In this document: one piece after another, positions 63,540-64,000 of the stretch
Numbering within the stretch: the first letter of the stretch is position 1
Layout: the number at the start of each line of letters is the position of its first letter
From: Eledone cirrhosa
Taxonomy: Eukaryota
Direction: 5' to 3'
DNA length: 64,000 nt
NCBI GenBank assembly: GCA_964016885.1
Contig: OZ024740.1
Location: 58,962,001-59,026,000 of the forward strand
The notes under the pieces: generated by a model
Seen by the model: the letters and a program-made list of their open reading frames with translations, nothing else
What the model was told of the DNA's origin: nothing
Databases searched by the model: none
Position numbers and translations under genes: made by a program

Positions 63540-63594
63540 ACTGCCTGAAGAGGTCACAGCCAATGATGACTGTCACCGAAATATATATAGCAGT
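63540..63594 (+). ncRNA. Minimal type I hammerhead ribozyme (Penelope-like)
   Basis: Stem I ACTGC/GCAGT; CTGAAGA 63545-63551; stem II GGT-c-ACAG/CTGT-c-ACC; GAAA 63578-63581; palindromic TATATA; TA cleavage site; AATAAA ~16 nt downstream. Confidence 0.75.
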
Positions 63595-63676
63595 AAATTT
63601 ATAAATTATAATAAATGAAGCCAAATTTTACATATTTGACTTACTTATTTTATATATACATATATATATATAAATA

Positions 63677-63977
63677 TATATCAACTAGAAATTGATTGAC
63701 ATATATATATATCTAAAATAAACACATGAAACAATCACAGGGAATAATTTGTAATGTGTGTAAGCACACACAGCTAGGTAGTAACTAATTAAAGTTTAAC
63801 TAGAACTTCAAATATAGATACCTTTTAAAATGATTAATCATTTGAAGTTCTAGTTAAACTTTAATTAGTTACCTACCTAGCTGTGTGTGCCTACACACAT
63901 TACAAATTATTCCCTGTGATTGTTTCATGTGTTTATTTTAGATATATATATATGTCAATCAATTTCTAGTTGATATA
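63677..63977. repeat. Near-perfect inverted repeat (arms ~137 bp, 26-bp spacer)
   Basis: 63677-63813 is the reverse complement of 63840-63977 apart from one substitution and one 1-bp indel seen by eye. Confidence 0.95.
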
Positions 63978-64000
63978 AAATGCTCGGATCTATTCATTGG

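Overview
Eukaryotic, repeat-dominated, gene-poor DNA with no intact host gene, rRNA, tRNA or CRISPR array. The SINE/LINE repertoire and (TA)n/(GAT)n background resemble an octopod cephalopod (inference from recalled repeat motifs, not a database hit). About 41 kb is two tandem arrays: a 48-bp minisatellite (6230-19085, ~270 units) and a 61-bp satellite (29856-58441, ~468 units), both with nested higher-order duplications. The rest holds four RTE/BovB-like LINE copies (two subfamilies, each with a C4HC3 PHD-like finger in ORF2), a decayed CR1-clade LINE, a Rex3/Expander-like 3' end, several tRNA-derived SINEs and a near-complete Tc1-type transposon with DD36E spacing. Most interesting: (i) the 48-bp array appears to be an amplified version of the ~49-bp repeat in the RTE-B 3' UTR and its partner SINE; (ii) three Penelope-type hammerhead ribozyme motifs, two of them an inverted pair inside a foldback; (iii) a probable HDV-like ribozyme remnant at the 5' end of the longest RTE; (iv) an Asp-rich reading frame abutting the 61-bp satellite. 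Long ORFs across the 48-bp array are treated as repeat artefacts.
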